Sequence record: PP793740.1
DNA length: 64,000 nt
Direction: 5' to 3' (one strand)
Part shown: piece after piece, positions 47,766 to 57,294 of the stretch
How positions within the stretch are numbered: the first letter of the stretch is position 1
Layout of the letters: each line of letters starts with the position of its first letter
The notes under the pieces: model-generated
Seen by the model: the letters and a program-made list of their open reading frames with translations, nothing else
The model's database searches: none
Told to the model about the DNA's origin: nothing
Translations under genes and position numbers: made by a program

Positions 47766-48160
47766 TTGGCAATGATCCGTTGTACGAAGTGTTGAAGGTT
47801 GGCTACCAGGCGTTCGAATTCTTCTTCGGTTACCTGGTCACGATGCGATTCCAGAAGTACTTCTACTTCCGGCAGGACGTTCATGGCGATATCCAACTGG
47901 ATACGGCTGATGAACTCTTCCGTTGTGATATTGCGATCACGACGAATACGACTTACCAGCTTGCGATGTTGTTCGCTGTTGCGGTAGGTCGAGATCTTAT
48001 CGATCAGGATGTCCGAGATACTGTTTTCGATCTGTTGTACTTCGGTCGGGCCTTCCTCTTTGTAAGTTGCCTTTACTGCCAGAATAGCTGCTACTGCGGT
48101 AGAGGTAACAGCAACTACAATGAGACCGAGTCCCAGTGCATTTTCTTTAATGAAGTTCAT
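47762..48160 (-). CDS. N-terminally membrane-anchored protein
   Basis: 132 aa; hydrophobic LGLGLIVVAVTSTAVAAILAV followed by helical domain. Confidence 0.7.
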   Translation of the reverse strand: MNFIKENALGLGLIVVAVTSTAVAAILAVKATYKEEGPTEVQQIENSISDILIDKISTYRNSEQHRKLVSRIRRDRNITTEEFISRIQLDIAMNVLPEVEVLLESHRDQVTEEEFERLVANLQHFVQRIIAK

Positions 48161-48165
48161 GATTA

Positions 48166-48507
48166 TTACCCTTTCAGAGTAGCATCCGAATTGAAGACAT
48201 CGGGACCAACCGAGAGACTTCCCAGAAGATCCGGAGCAAGGTAAACGGAGTTGAGGGTTTCGTATACACCGGTAACAGTATCTACGTTAACCAGACTAGA
48301 ACTACGCAGGGGTACCCATTCACCGTTAAGGAAGGTTTCGCCGACCAGTACACGAACACCATCTACGTCAGTGCGGTTCGGCCATAGATCCTTACCTTCT
48401 ACTATTTCTACGTTACGAGCATGGTAGACTAGTTTACCATTCATGCGAGCAACGATATTCGGACGGCGCAAGTCGTCGACTACTTTAATTGCTACGGACT
48501 CTTCCAT
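48166..48507 (-). CDS. Hypothetical protein
   Basis: 113 aa; LRSSSLVNVD...YETLNSVYL resembles a common phage beta-rich family (TS.V...ET.NT.Y.L). Confidence 0.7.
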   Translation of the reverse strand: MEESVAIKVVDDLRRPNIVARMNGKLVYHARNVEIVEGKDLWPNRTDVDGVRVLVGETFLNGEWVPLRSSSLVNVDTVTGVYETLNSVYLAPDLLGSLSVGPDVFNSDATLKG

Positions 48508-48521
48508 TTTTATACCCTTAT

Positions 48522-48872
48522 TTACACTAAATAATTTACAACACGCAGATTATCTTCAGAAGAATAGTTCCAAAGAATTTTACCATAGGTAATTCCATCT
48601 AACCATATTTCAATATGTTCTTTCTTAAGATCTGGAATACCCTGATTTATTTCTTCACCAATAATATCTCTATCGGCAGTAAGGTGATATAATGGTGTGC
48701 CGTCGCAATCACGTCCATACCCAAAAACATAAAGACGGGCGCCTGAATGCACATCTTCTACCAACTCACCAATAGCGATATTATGGTTTTTAGCCAAATT
48801 ATTCTCACGTACAGTTTTGCCATTTTCTTCAACAAGATCGCAGACGAGGATGACTACATTATCTTTAAGCAT
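48522..48872 (-). CDS. Hypothetical protein
   Basis: 116 aa; NIAIGELVE...RLYVFGYGRDCDGTPLY; RBS GGAG. Confidence 0.7.
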   Translation of the reverse strand: MLKDNVVILVCDLVEENGKTVRENNLAKNHNIAIGELVEDVHSGARLYVFGYGRDCDGTPLYHLTADRDIIGEEINQGIPDLKKEHIEIWLDGITYGKILWNYSSEDNLRVVNYLV

Positions 48873-48898
48873 AATTATTCTCCATTTAATAGCGGTGA

Positions 48899-49054
48899 TT
48901 ATTTGGTAACGAGAATTTCAACGCCATTAGGGGCGATGCGATGACCCAGTACAACTTCTTCTTGAGCAGTAGTCTTAGAACCATTGTCATAGTTGGCATT
49001 GATGAACAGACCACCGAATACCATACCAACGACAACCAGGGCAATTGCTTTCAT
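48899..49054 (-). CDS. Small membrane-anchored protein (51 aa, not in ORF track)
   Basis: RBS AAAGGA; MKAIALVVVGMVFGGLFINANYDNGSKTTAQEEVVLGHRIAPNGVEILVTK. Confidence 0.6.
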   Translation of the reverse strand: MKAIALVVVGMVFGGLFINANYDNGSKTTAQEEVVLGHRIAPNGVEILVTK

Positions 49055-49107
49055 GATGATTTCCTTTGATTAGACTGCTTCGAGGTTATTGAGATAAGCT
49101 ATCGGTA

Positions 49108-49368
49108 TTACATATCGTGCAGATAGGTCTCATCAACGATGGCACGGGCCAGCTCAATGAGGCTATCTTCATCAACAACAATGTTACCATCTTTCCAAGT
49201 AGCACTATGGGACAACCAGTTACGGTAATCTTGACCTCGTACAGGATTGATGCATACCTGACGAGTAGCTGCATCACGGTCACCACGGAAACCCATGATA
49301 GCACGTGCACGGCGGATTGCTTCTTTCTCCAAGTCTTCGTCAGATTTGAAAGTCAGGAAAGTTGCCAT
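49108..49368 (-). CDS. Hypothetical early protein
   Basis: 86 aa, first gene after the early promoter at 49414. Confidence 0.7.
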   Translation of the reverse strand: MATFLTFKSDEDLEKEAIRRARAIMGFRGDRDAATRQVCINPVRGQDYRNWLSHSATWKDGNIVVDEDSLIELARAIVDETYLHDM

Positions 49369-49399
49369 GGTTTGATTCCTTTTTACTAATTTAATAGGT

Positions 49400-49441
49400 T
49401 TAATTACACTTTTGTAATATACTGTTTAAATAGGTTTGAAT
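49400..49441 (-). promoter_or_regulatory. Early promoter, repeat copy 1
   Basis: ATTCAAACCTATTTAAA-CAG-TATATTACAAAAGTGTAATTA. Confidence 0.85.
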
Positions 49442-49448
49442 GTATTTT

Positions 49449-49793
49449 TTATTTCCATATCCGACAATAGTCATCTACATGTCGAGTGATTTCAGCAACA
49501 GCACGTAGTCGCCTACGACCTGTCAATTTAGAACAATGTTTATTAATTAGTGAATCAACAGCCTTGCGCAGTTTAACACAACGTTCTTCATTGGGTATAT
49601 CTTGTTCGATAAACGTGCTGGTTAGTTTTTGAATCTCTACATGTATTTTTTTACATGCATCTGTAGCAGCTCTTTCTTCACTTAACTTGTCATATGCCTC
49701 TACTAATTTAATTATAGCAGTGGTAACAGTGGTGGCGGTTACAAGAATTTGAATACCATTGATAAAGTTCTTATTAAACATTATAAACTCCAA
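49449..49793 (-). CDS. Hypothetical protein with hydrophobic N-terminus
   Basis: 114 aa; likely start MFNKN. Confidence 0.65.
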   Translation of the reverse strand: MEFIMFNKNFINGIQILVTATTVTTAIIKLVEAYDKLSEERAATDACKKIHVEIQKLTSTFIEQDIPNEERCVKLRKAVDSLINKHCSKLTGRRRLRAVAEITRHVDDYCRIWK

Positions 49794-49830
49794 TTACTAT
49801 ATTAAAAAAATATGTGCGTATTAATAATAA

Positions 49831-49852
49831 AGCCCTCCCCGAAGGGAGGGTG
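49831..49852 (-). terminator. Terminator
   Basis: CCCTCCC-UUCG-GGGAGGG. Confidence 0.8.
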
Positions 49853-49859
49853 TATTTCA

Positions 49860-50069
49860 TTAGGCGGAACCATACATTCTTTCAAAGTTGTTTACATCAC
49901 AACCTGAGTAGTGTGTTGCTGAACCACCTGAGTTATTATCTATAATCTTGACTATCACCTCATCAGATTCGACATAAACGTGCATCGTATCACGAATGGA
50001 ACAAACATGATCGCCCCGAGAACGTATAAATGCAGATACAGCTTCACTACTAATCTTTTGCTCAGTCAT
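49860..50069 (-). CDS. Small hypothetical protein
   Basis: 69 aa in operon. Confidence 0.6.
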   Translation of the reverse strand: MTEQKISSEAVSAFIRSRGDHVCSIRDTMHVYVESDEVIVKIIDNNSGGSATHYSGCDVNNFERMYGSA

Positions 50070-50071
50070 TA

Positions 50072-50329
50072 TTATTTACTCGATTTATTCCAGTTAAAAT
50101 TATCTTTTGCATTTTTAGTGAAGAACCCGTCACCCCAACCAAACGAGTATCTAAAGTCCTTGACTACACCAGCATCTGAATCGATAACTTTATATTCGAT
50201 GACTTTATCGCTATTTTCCAGAATGACTAAGATTGCGATAAGATCTTTAGGATTACCTACAGTCAGTTCATGTCTTTCAGACTCGTCTCTGTGGATAACT
50301 ATATACATGGTATTTAATTCTCCATTCAT
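50072..50329 (-). CDS. Small hypothetical protein
   Basis: 85 aa, ATGA coupling. Confidence 0.6.
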   Translation of the reverse strand: MNGELNTMYIVIHRDESERHELTVGNPKDLIAILVILENSDKVIEYKVIDSDAGVVKDFRYSFGWGDGFFTKNAKDNFNWNKSSK

Positions 50330-50841
50330 TCCCAGCTAGTTACAGGGAGTTCGAAGGTTTCACACAAGTCGAGTACCTTCCGATGTTCTAGGTTATTTTC
50401 AGGATAGAAGGTAATAAGTGTAGTCGGACTACCCCAATTAACACGACATCCAGTTTCTTTATGGATTTCACCAAGTGCAACATACGCACCTGCCCCATCT
50501 GCATAACCCATTTGATTAGGGTTAATGCAGATTTGAGTAAAGCGCTCCACCAATACTCGATTAATAGTGACGGTCAAGAGACGAACGAACTCACGGGTCT
50601 TTTCGATATCATCTACCCAGAATTCCAGAAGGATCCATTTCCCATGAGGGTTATCATGTCCACCCTGGAAGAATACACTGAAACCTTCTTTTGCTTTATA
50701 AAACTCGTGATTGGTGATGTTGCATTCAACCATTTGTTTCACTGCATGCCATACACGCTCGGTGACATAATCACCATAAAGTTCGATGCAGTGACCACGG
50801 CCAGGAAATTGTTCTTTTTTAGCAAATTTAATTTCGAACAT
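50326..50841 (-). CDS. Hypothetical early protein
   Basis: 171 aa, RBS AAGGA, first gene after an early promoter. Confidence 0.75.
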   Translation of the reverse strand: MFEIKFAKKEQFPGRGHCIELYGDYVTERVWHAVKQMVECNITNHEFYKAKEGFSVFFQGGHDNPHGKWILLEFWVDDIEKTREFVRLLTVTINRVLVERFTQICINPNQMGYADGAGAYVALGEIHKETGCRVNWGSPTTLITFYPENNLEHRKVLDLCETFELPVTSWE

Positions 50842-50887
50842 GGTATAGATTCCTTTTTACATTAATTAAAGGTTTAATATCAAGTTT

Positions 50888-50916
50888 GTAATATACGCTT
50901 TAAAATGGTTTGAATG
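50888..50916 (-). promoter_or_regulatory. Early promoter, repeat copy 2
   Basis: ATTCAAACCATTTTAAA-GCG-TATATTAC. Confidence 0.85.
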
Positions 50917-50935
50917 TATTATCAGTAGGGAAGGG

Positions 50936-51340
50936 TTACCCTTTTAACTTTTTAATACTATTGGATAAGTACATGACACTACGGAAAATTTTGAATCTTG
51001 AAAAGTATTCACGTACTTCTTTTTTAGTCAATACAAGTCTTCCATCTTTGTTTACATTATCACCAAAGACAATTTCCTGAGTATTTTTCCATAAAGATCT
51101 ATAAAGATAACATCCGTGTGGTGCATCATACCAATCATAGATCTTAAGTTCAAATTCAACTTTGTCGACAATATCGTTATCAAATAAAATAATATTTCCT
51201 TTACTATTTAATTCCATTAACTCATTTGCACAACTTATTGCAAACTCAACCGCTGCCCAGGTCCTACTACCACTGAACATATCTTTATTTAATTTACTTA
51301 GATCGATAGCATTATAAGTTGTTTTCTTAGGTTTCTTCAT
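50936..51340 (-). CDS. Hypothetical early protein
   Basis: 134 aa, RBS GGAGAG. Confidence 0.7.
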   Translation of the reverse strand: MKKPKKTTYNAIDLSKLNKDMFSGSRTWAAVEFAISCANELMELNSKGNIILFDNDIVDKVEFELKIYDWYDAPHGCYLYRSLWKNTQEIVFGDNVNKDGRLVLTKKEVREYFSRFKIFRSVMYLSNSIKKLKG

Positions 51341-51379
51341 GGACTGTACTCTCCAATAATAAATAGAATAATCTATATT

Positions 51380-51420
51380 TAATTACACTTTTGTAATATA
51401 CCCTTTAAATAGGTTTGAAT
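51380..51420 (-). promoter_or_regulatory. Early promoter, repeat copy 3
   Basis: ATTCAAACCTATTTAAA-GGG-TATATTACAAAAGTGTAATTA. Confidence 0.85.
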
Positions 51421-51431
51421 ACATGACATAA

Positions 51432-51453
51432 AGCCTTCCCATTAGGGAAGGCT
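51432..51453 (-). terminator. Terminator after DHFR
   Basis: AGCCTTCCC/GGGAAGGCT. Confidence 0.8.
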
Positions 51454-51457
51454 ATTA

Positions 51458-51982
51458 TTATGTTTTAATCCAACGTGTATATTTACACAAATCTGTTTCT
51501 TTAATAATGGTTGATTTCCATTTATCCCATTTAATGATTTCTTTAGGGAAATAAACACAACTACTATTATCGATTTCCATCTTGACAGTAGTAATGTACA
51601 TTTCGTCTAAAATATCCTTTTTAATGGCTTCTTTATAAAGTTGAGAACCACCAATGGCCCATACATCCTTTTTAGTTTCTTTACTAAAATGATCAGCATA
51701 TACAAGAGCCGCATCTAGATTAGGGAGTACACCTAATTTATTATCACAGGATACTGGGTAATTACCGTTACGATATAAACTTGATGATACAACAATGTTA
51801 TTACGATTAGGTAACGGTTTACTACCTAAGGATAAGAAAGTATTTTTACCCATGATAACACAGCAACCAGTTGTCATTTCTTTAAAGAAAGCTAAATCCT
51901 CAGGTATATGCCAAGGTAATAGATTATTATACCCGATGACACCATTTAGGTCATGGGCAACGATTAATTTAATAGCCATCAA
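51458..51982 (-). CDS. folA: Dihydrofolate reductase (phiKZ gp4)
   Basis: IVAHDLNGVIG, LPWHIPEDLAFFK, VIMGKNTF, KPLPNRNNIVVSS, IGGSQLY. Confidence 0.96.
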   Translation of the reverse strand: MMAIKLIVAHDLNGVIGYNNLLPWHIPEDLAFFKEMTTGCCVIMGKNTFLSLGSKPLPNRNNIVVSSSLYRNGNYPVSCDNKLGVLPNLDAALVYADHFSKETKKDVWAIGGSQLYKEAIKKDILDEMYITTVKMEIDNSSCVYFPKEIIKWDKWKSTIIKETDLCKYTRWIKT

Positions 51983-52485
51983 TTTTCCTTAGGCCAGAAT
52001 TTACAAGATACTTCATTATCTTTAAATTCAATAGCCCAACTACAGCAAGTGAAATTAGTTTTAAACTTAAATGTAGACGCTAATAGGTAATTAATTTGAG
52101 CCATTTGTAGTAGCGTTAATTCACCATACACTTTCTCATCAATTAATACACCAGGTCTTTTATGTTTAATAACCAATTCATTAAGCTTGATATCTTGTTC
52201 AATATAAAGGTATTCCACTTCGCCTTTTTCTAGTATAGGCATGTCCCAAAGAATCAGACTAATCTGTTGTGTGAATTCCTCAATACTAGTTGTAATATCT
52301 AGTCCTTCATAACCTATCAATAGATTTATAAGTACTTGTAGACTAATCAGATTAACAGGTAAGTCTTTTAAATCGTCTTCTTTAATAGTTGTTCTAAAAT
52401 AAACAGTGCCATCTAAGTTTTTAACTAATAATCTATTTAATAGATGATTGACTTCTGATTTAATCTGATAATCCAGTTTGATCAT
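51979..52485 (-). CDS. Hypothetical protein (gp3 position)
   Basis: 168 aa overlapping both neighbours. Confidence 0.7.
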   Translation of the reverse strand: MIKLDYQIKSEVNHLLNRLLVKNLDGTVYFRTTIKEDDLKDLPVNLISLQVLINLLIGYEGLDITTSIEEFTQQISLILWDMPILEKGEVEYLYIEQDIKLNELVIKHKRPGVLIDEKVYGELTLLQMAQINYLLASTFKFKTNFTCCSWAIEFKDNEVSCKFWPKEN

Positions 52486-53044
52486 TAGCTAACTCCTTAA
52501 GTCTAGTCATGCCATTACTAACTTCAATAATGTAACTAAAGTCAAAACTATATTTCATCATTTTGAATTCTTCTTTAAAGTTAGCGATATTTCCAGACAG
52601 AGCAATTTGTTCAAATCGACTAAAATCAGTAATAGTTTCATCGAACATTAGTTCTCTTGCGGTAATATCTGGATCATAGTTAGGATGATCAATTACAGTA
52701 CCTTCGTGATTTAAAGTACCTTGAAAATTCAAAGTCTTTTTAACATGGTCTACAGTTATTTTCCAACTAGTTGCAATATACCGAGCTTTAACTAAATTAG
52801 GAGCATACCTGTAAATACACCATTGTAATGGAGTGCCAACAGTTTGCGTATCATGCGTGGCTTTTATAACTTTAATAAAATTCTCAAGTTGATCAAATGT
52901 AACATTCCTAGTTACACCATCATTAGTGGTTATATTAAGAGATGGTCGAAGACCAGTACCAAGATCATTGGTGATGATTATATCCTCAACTAAAGCTTCA
53001 TATAACTTTAGTCCTTCTTTTCTGGATCCAACATCATTACCCAT
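52460..53044 (-). CDS. Hypothetical protein at gp2 position; candidate chimallin-binding protein ChmB
   Basis: 194 aa, two genes upstream of DHFR gp4; functional call by synteny and size only. Confidence 0.5.
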   Translation of the reverse strand: MGNDVGSRKEGLKLYEALVEDIIITNDLGTGLRPSLNITTNDGVTRNVTFDQLENFIKVIKATHDTQTVGTPLQWCIYRYAPNLVKARYIATSWKITVDHVKKTLNFQGTLNHEGTVIDHPNYDPDITARELMFDETITDFSRFEQIALSGNIANFKEEFKMMKYSFDFSYIIEVSNGMTRLKELANDQTGLSD

Positions 53045-53397
53045 TGTTTAGCTTCCTCTTTTGTTACCAGTTGATAAAGTTTATTAAATTCACGTTGACG
53101 CATTAATTTGTAATCTAGTATACGCCCATTATTTTTACGAATTAAAATAATAAAATCACCCGGACAGACAATTTTATCTTTATCTGAACCCACACGTAAA
53201 ATACCATGACTAGATTCAGTTAGATTACATAATGGACAAATCGTATTACTAAGAGTAGACTCTTTAGTAGGTATGACATAACCAACAATAGCACCTTGAT
53301 TGATATTGTTGATAACGCCATCACCAGGTATATCACCGTTCTTTTTCCATTCGATTGCTTCAATTGGATCGGTGTATCTCGGTAGATAAAAAGACAT
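53008..53397 (-). CDS. PGDYG-like phage protein with CxxC insert (gp1 position)
   Basis: IEAIEW...CPLC...HGIL...IVCPGDFII...F.KLY pattern. Confidence 0.65.
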   Translation of the reverse strand: MSFYLPRYTDPIEAIEWKKNGDIPGDGVINNINQGAIVGYVIPTKESTLSNTICPLCNLTESSHGILRVGSDKDKIVCPGDFIILIRKNNGRILDYKLMRQREFNKLYQLVTKEEAKQWVMMLDPEKKD

Positions 53398-53741
53398 TCT
53401 TAATTAACTCCGATAAATAATAGTAGTATAGTAAAAAGCACTTAGGTATATTTCTATTTTAAGCTATATTGCGGATAAAATAAAACCTAAGGGTACATAG
53501 CGGGTTATTGTTTAAAGCTCTTAAATAGCGTGGTAGAACGATATTGGACTATATGGCTGTAACCCTTAAGACACTAAGGCTACAAGGATTTTTAAGATAA
53601 AGATATCCAATGTACCATAGTATGCTTTTACAATAGATCAACTAAATTCATTTAAAATGGGTCGTAAAAATACTAAGTTGATCTAAAGATATGTTGAATA
53701 CTTTTTCACATGAACTTACGACTCACAATTGGAAATTAACA

Positions 53742-56030
53742 ATGTTAAAAACTATCATTAAACTAGACGGTACTGAAGAAGCATACTCACCTGCTAAGAT
53801 CAATGGTTGGGGTGAATGGGCAGCCCAACATCTTGGTGATAAGGTAGATTGGAGCAGTGTTGTAATGGATGCTGTTCAAGCTCTTGGCGATAAAACTTCA
53901 TCACAAGAACTACAATTACAACTTATTGAAGAATGTCTAAATCGCAAGACCTGGTCATATTACCTGATGGCGGGCCGACTGTATGCTATTTATCTTCGCA
54001 AAAAGTTTTATGGTCTAAATGGTATCCCAACTGTTAAAGCGCTTCAAACTAGAATGCGCAAAGATGGTATCATTGTTAAACTAGATTATAGTAGTAAAGA
54101 ATATGCACAAATTGAAAAGATCATTGATCACGACCTTGACCTACTTTGTCCACATTTCTCACTTCACCATATTCGTGGAAAGTATGCTCTACGTAATCGT
54201 AAAACTGGTCAAGAATATGAAACTGCACAATTTGTGTACATGCGTATGGCAATGGCATTAGCTGAAAAAGAGCCAGCTGAAACTCGCATGACTCATGTGG
54301 AGAATTACTATAAACTACTTTCTAATAAAATTCTTAGTGCGCCAACACCTAACTACGTTAACCTAGGTACTAAGCTTCGTGGTTTTGCATCATGTTGCCT
54401 ATTTGCTTCTGGTGATAATGGTGTATCACTGGCAATGGGCGATTATATTGCTAACATCATGACCCAATCATCAGCAGGCATTGGTGTTAACTTAATGACT
54501 AGGTCAATTGGTGATCCTATCCGTAATGGCCTAATCATTCACCAAGGTAAGAAACCATACATCGATGTAATTGGTAAAGCAGTAAGGGCTAACCTACAAA
54601 ATGGTCGAGGTGGTGCTGTTACGTGTTACTACAGTGCTTTCGATCCTGAAGCAGATATGATTACTCAGCTACGTAATCCACGTTCTACTGAGGATAGGAA
54701 GAACCGTGATCTTCACTATGCATTCCTAAGTAATAAGTTCTTTGCTAAGAAAGCGGCTCAGAAAGATGGCATGATCTTTGTATTCAATCCATTTACTGCT
54801 CCAGATCTACATGATGCTTTCTATAGTGGTGATATTGATAAGTTTATTAAGCTTTATGAAAAATATGAAGCGGATCCTAAATTTGAGAAAACTTATGTAA
54901 ATGCTCGGGATCTTCTCAAATCAATGCTAGTTGAAGCATATGAGACTGGAACCATCTATTCAGCTCAAATTGATGAACTCAATCATCATACACCATTTAA
55001 AGAACCTATTTACAGTTCTAACCTATGCCTTGAAATCGCAGAACCCACTAAGCCTTACTATCGAATGGAAGATCTTTATTCTAGTGAGGATCACGGGCGC
55101 GGTGAGATTGCTACTTGTTCACTGGCTGCTATTGCAGTGGATAACGTTCCTGATAAGCAAACTTATGAAATGGCGGCTTACTACGCACTTAAGATGATTG
55201 ACTATTGTATCCTTAATGCAGAGTATGCTTTCCCACACCTTGCACTAACCGCTAAGAATCGAATGAGTGCTGGTGTTGGTATCATGGGTCTAGCCACACA
55301 TATGGCACGTGCTGGCCTTAAATATAGTAGTGATGCTGGTAAAGCTGAAATCCACTTCATTGCTGAACGGCATATGTACTTCCTTATCAAGGCGTCACTT
55401 AAGATTTCTAAAGAACGCGGGAATGCGCCTTGGATTCATAAGACTAAATGGCCAGAGGGATGGACTCCACGTAAGACTTATAATAAGTCAGTAGATACTA
55501 TCATTGAAGGTGGCTTTGAAGAACTTTATCCATGGGATGAGCTAGAGAAAGAAATTAAGGAGAATGGTGGTATTGCACACTCCGTACTAGCTGCATACAT
55601 GCCTGGTGAAGCATCATCTAAGGCACTAGGGTCAACTAATGGTCCATACCCGGTACGTCGCCTAATTCTTAATAAGACTGATAATGGTGCACGTGTGCTA
55701 TGGGCTGCTCCATATGGAGATGATGACTCCTATGTGTATGAATCAGCTTATGATATCCCCACTAAAGATCTTATTGATTGCTATGCCATTATTCAAAAGT
55801 GGACTGATCAAACAATCAGTGCGGACCTCTACCGACGCATTGTAGGTTCTGAAAAGATCTCTTCTAATGAAATGCTAGGTGATCACTTCTACATGGTGAA
55901 ACGTGGAATGAAAACCCGGTATTATGTAAATCTAGAAACAGCAGCAGGACTTGATATTAAATCACTTGAACGTGCTGTTGAGGTAACTAATACTGAAGTT
56001 GGGTGTGCAGGCGGTTCGTGCACTCTTTAA
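53742..56030 (+). CDS. nrdA: Ribonucleotide reductase class Ia alpha subunit
   Basis: N-terminal ATP-cone-like region, ASCCL, SSNLCLEI, GVGIMGL, MPGEASS, C-terminal GCAGGSCTL; start MLKTII after GGAAA. Confidence 0.95.
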   Translation: MLKTIIKLDGTEEAYSPAKINGWGEWAAQHLGDKVDWSSVVMDAVQALGDKTSSQELQLQLIEECLNRKTWSYYLMAGRLYAIYLRKKFYGLNGIPTVKALQTRMRKDGIIVKLDYSSKEYAQIEKIIDHDLDLLCPHFSLHHIRGKYALRNRKTGQEYETAQFVYMRMAMALAEKEPAETRMTHVENYYKLLSNKILSAPTPNYVNLGTKLRGFASCCLFASGDNGVSLAMGDYIANIMTQSSAGIGVNLMTRSIGDPIRNGLIIHQGKKPYIDVIGKAVRANLQNGRGGAVTCYYSAFDPEADMITQLRNPRSTEDRKNRDLHYAFLSNKFFAKKAAQKDGMIFVFNPFTAPDLHDAFYSGDIDKFIKLYEKYEADPKFEKTYVNARDLLKSMLVEAYETGTIYSAQIDELNHHTPFKEPIYSSNLCLEIAEPTKPYYRMEDLYSSEDHGRGEIATCSLAAIAVDNVPDKQTYEMAAYYALKMIDYCILNAEYAFPHLALTAKNRMSAGVGIMGLATHMARAGLKYSSDAGKAEIHFIAERHMYFLIKASLKISKERGNAPWIHKTKWPEGWTPRKTYNKSVDTIIEGGFEELYPWDELEKEIKENGGIAHSVLAAYMPGEASSKALGSTNGPYPVRRLILNKTDNGARVLWAAPYGDDDSYVYESAYDIPTKDLIDCYAIIQKWTDQTISADLYRRIVGSEKISSNEMLGDHFYMVKRGMKTRYYVNLETAAGLDIKSLERAVEVTNTEVGCAGGSCTL

Positions 56031-56036
56031 GTGTAT

Positions 56037-56062
56037 ACACCCTCCCTTAATTGGGAGGGTGT
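56037..56062 (+). terminator. Terminator
   Basis: ACACCCTCCC-TTAATT-GGGAGGGTGT. Confidence 0.8.
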
Positions 56063-56130
56063 TATTCCCAATTTATACTAACCTCTATTATTTATTGTAA
56101 GAAATATTTTTAAATTGTAAAGGAACTGAT

Positions 56131-57294
56131 ATGTCTACTAAATCTCAACTACCAAAGAAAATCTTCAATGTTGCTAAGAGTGATTATCATCTACCGGAAA
56201 TTATTCTTGGAGATGATCCAGGTCTACTAGATTCAATCCACACTCATTATCCTAAAATGTGGGAGCTATATAAGCGTCTAAAGATGCTTGATTGGGATGA
56301 GCTAGAATTTGACTTTTCCACTTGTCTAGTAGAATTTGAAACGTGTGATAAATCAACTTATGACATGATGATTAAGACACTGGCCTGGCAATGGGAAGCT
56401 GACTCTGTAGCCAGTCGTTCCATTGTTAATATTCTATCACCTGTCATGACAGATTCACGAGTATGGGCGGGATATGTACGTATTAATGATAATGAAGACG
56501 TACATGCTTTAACTTATTCTGAAATTGTACGTAATAGCTTTAAAGATCCTAAAGTTATTCTAGACGAAATTCTTAGGGTAGAAGAAGCACAAGAACGAAT
56601 GGTTGCAGTAGCCCGCACTATGGGTGAAGCACATGACGCAGTTCATGCGTATGCTCTTAATCAGGTACCCAATGATCAAGAACTTTACAATAAAGTATTC
56701 ATGTTCTTCATCGCTCTATATTTCCTAGAACGTATCCAGTTCATGGCATCCTTTGCAGTAACCTTTGCTATTGGTCGTACTGGTGCATTCCAGCAAATTG
56801 CAGCCGCTGTTAAGAAAATTGCCCAAGACGAATTCGAAATCCATGCACAATATGGACAAGAAGTTATTCGTGCACTACTGGCAACTGAACGCGGTAAACT
56901 CGCTTACAGTCAATGTAAAGATAAAATCATTGAACTACTATGGGAAATTGTAAAGACTGAAGTTACCTGGGTTAATTATCTATTCTCTGAAGGTCGTGAA
57001 CTAACTGGTGTTAATGCGACTAAACTTATTAACTGGGTACTTTTCAATGCTAATGCCGCAGCAACATTCCTAAGTATTGAAAATGATGTTGTAGAACAGT
57101 ATCAAGTGGAGTTTAAAGAATCAGCTGGATTTGATTTTGTTTGGCCAGAGAAGAACCCACTTCTTTATATGGAAGACTACCTAGATATTTCATCAACCCA
57201 AGCATCTCCTCAGGAAGAAGAGAAGCCTGATTACATGGTCAACGTTGTAAATGATGTTGGTGAAGAAGAAGAATTTGAGGTTGACTTCTTATGA
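56131..57294 (+). CDS. nrdB: Ribonucleotide reductase class Ia beta subunit
   Basis: WEADS, EDVHALTY, LERIQFMASF and DEFEIH di-iron/tyrosyl motifs. Confidence 0.95.
   Translation: MSTKSQLPKKIFNVAKSDYHLPEIILGDDPGLLDSIHTHYPKMWELYKRLKMLDWDELEFDFSTCLVEFETCDKSTYDMMIKTLAWQWEADSVASRSIVNILSPVMTDSRVWAGYVRINDNEDVHALTYSEIVRNSFKDPKVILDEILRVEEAQERMVAVARTMGEAHDAVHAYALNQVPNDQELYNKVFMFFIALYFLERIQFMASFAVTFAIGRTGAFQQIAAAVKKIAQDEFEIHAQYGQEVIRALLATERGKLAYSQCKDKIIELLWEIVKTEVTWVNYLFSEGRELTGVNATKLINWVLFNANAAATFLSIENDVVEQYQVEFKESAGFDFVWPEKNPLLYMEDYLDISSTQASPQEEEKPDYMVNVVNDVGEEEEFEVDFL

Noticed and set aside
44191-48244. Many long plus-strand ORFs suggesting bidirectional coding
   Set aside because: Expected stop-codon depletion opposite GC-richer, biased genes; promoters, RBSs and terminators all point to the minus strand
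53400-53740. Divergent intergenic gap as genome terminus or origin
   Set aside because: It only coincides with the conventional phiKZ map start; these genomes are circularly permuted and I see no iterons or terminal repeat
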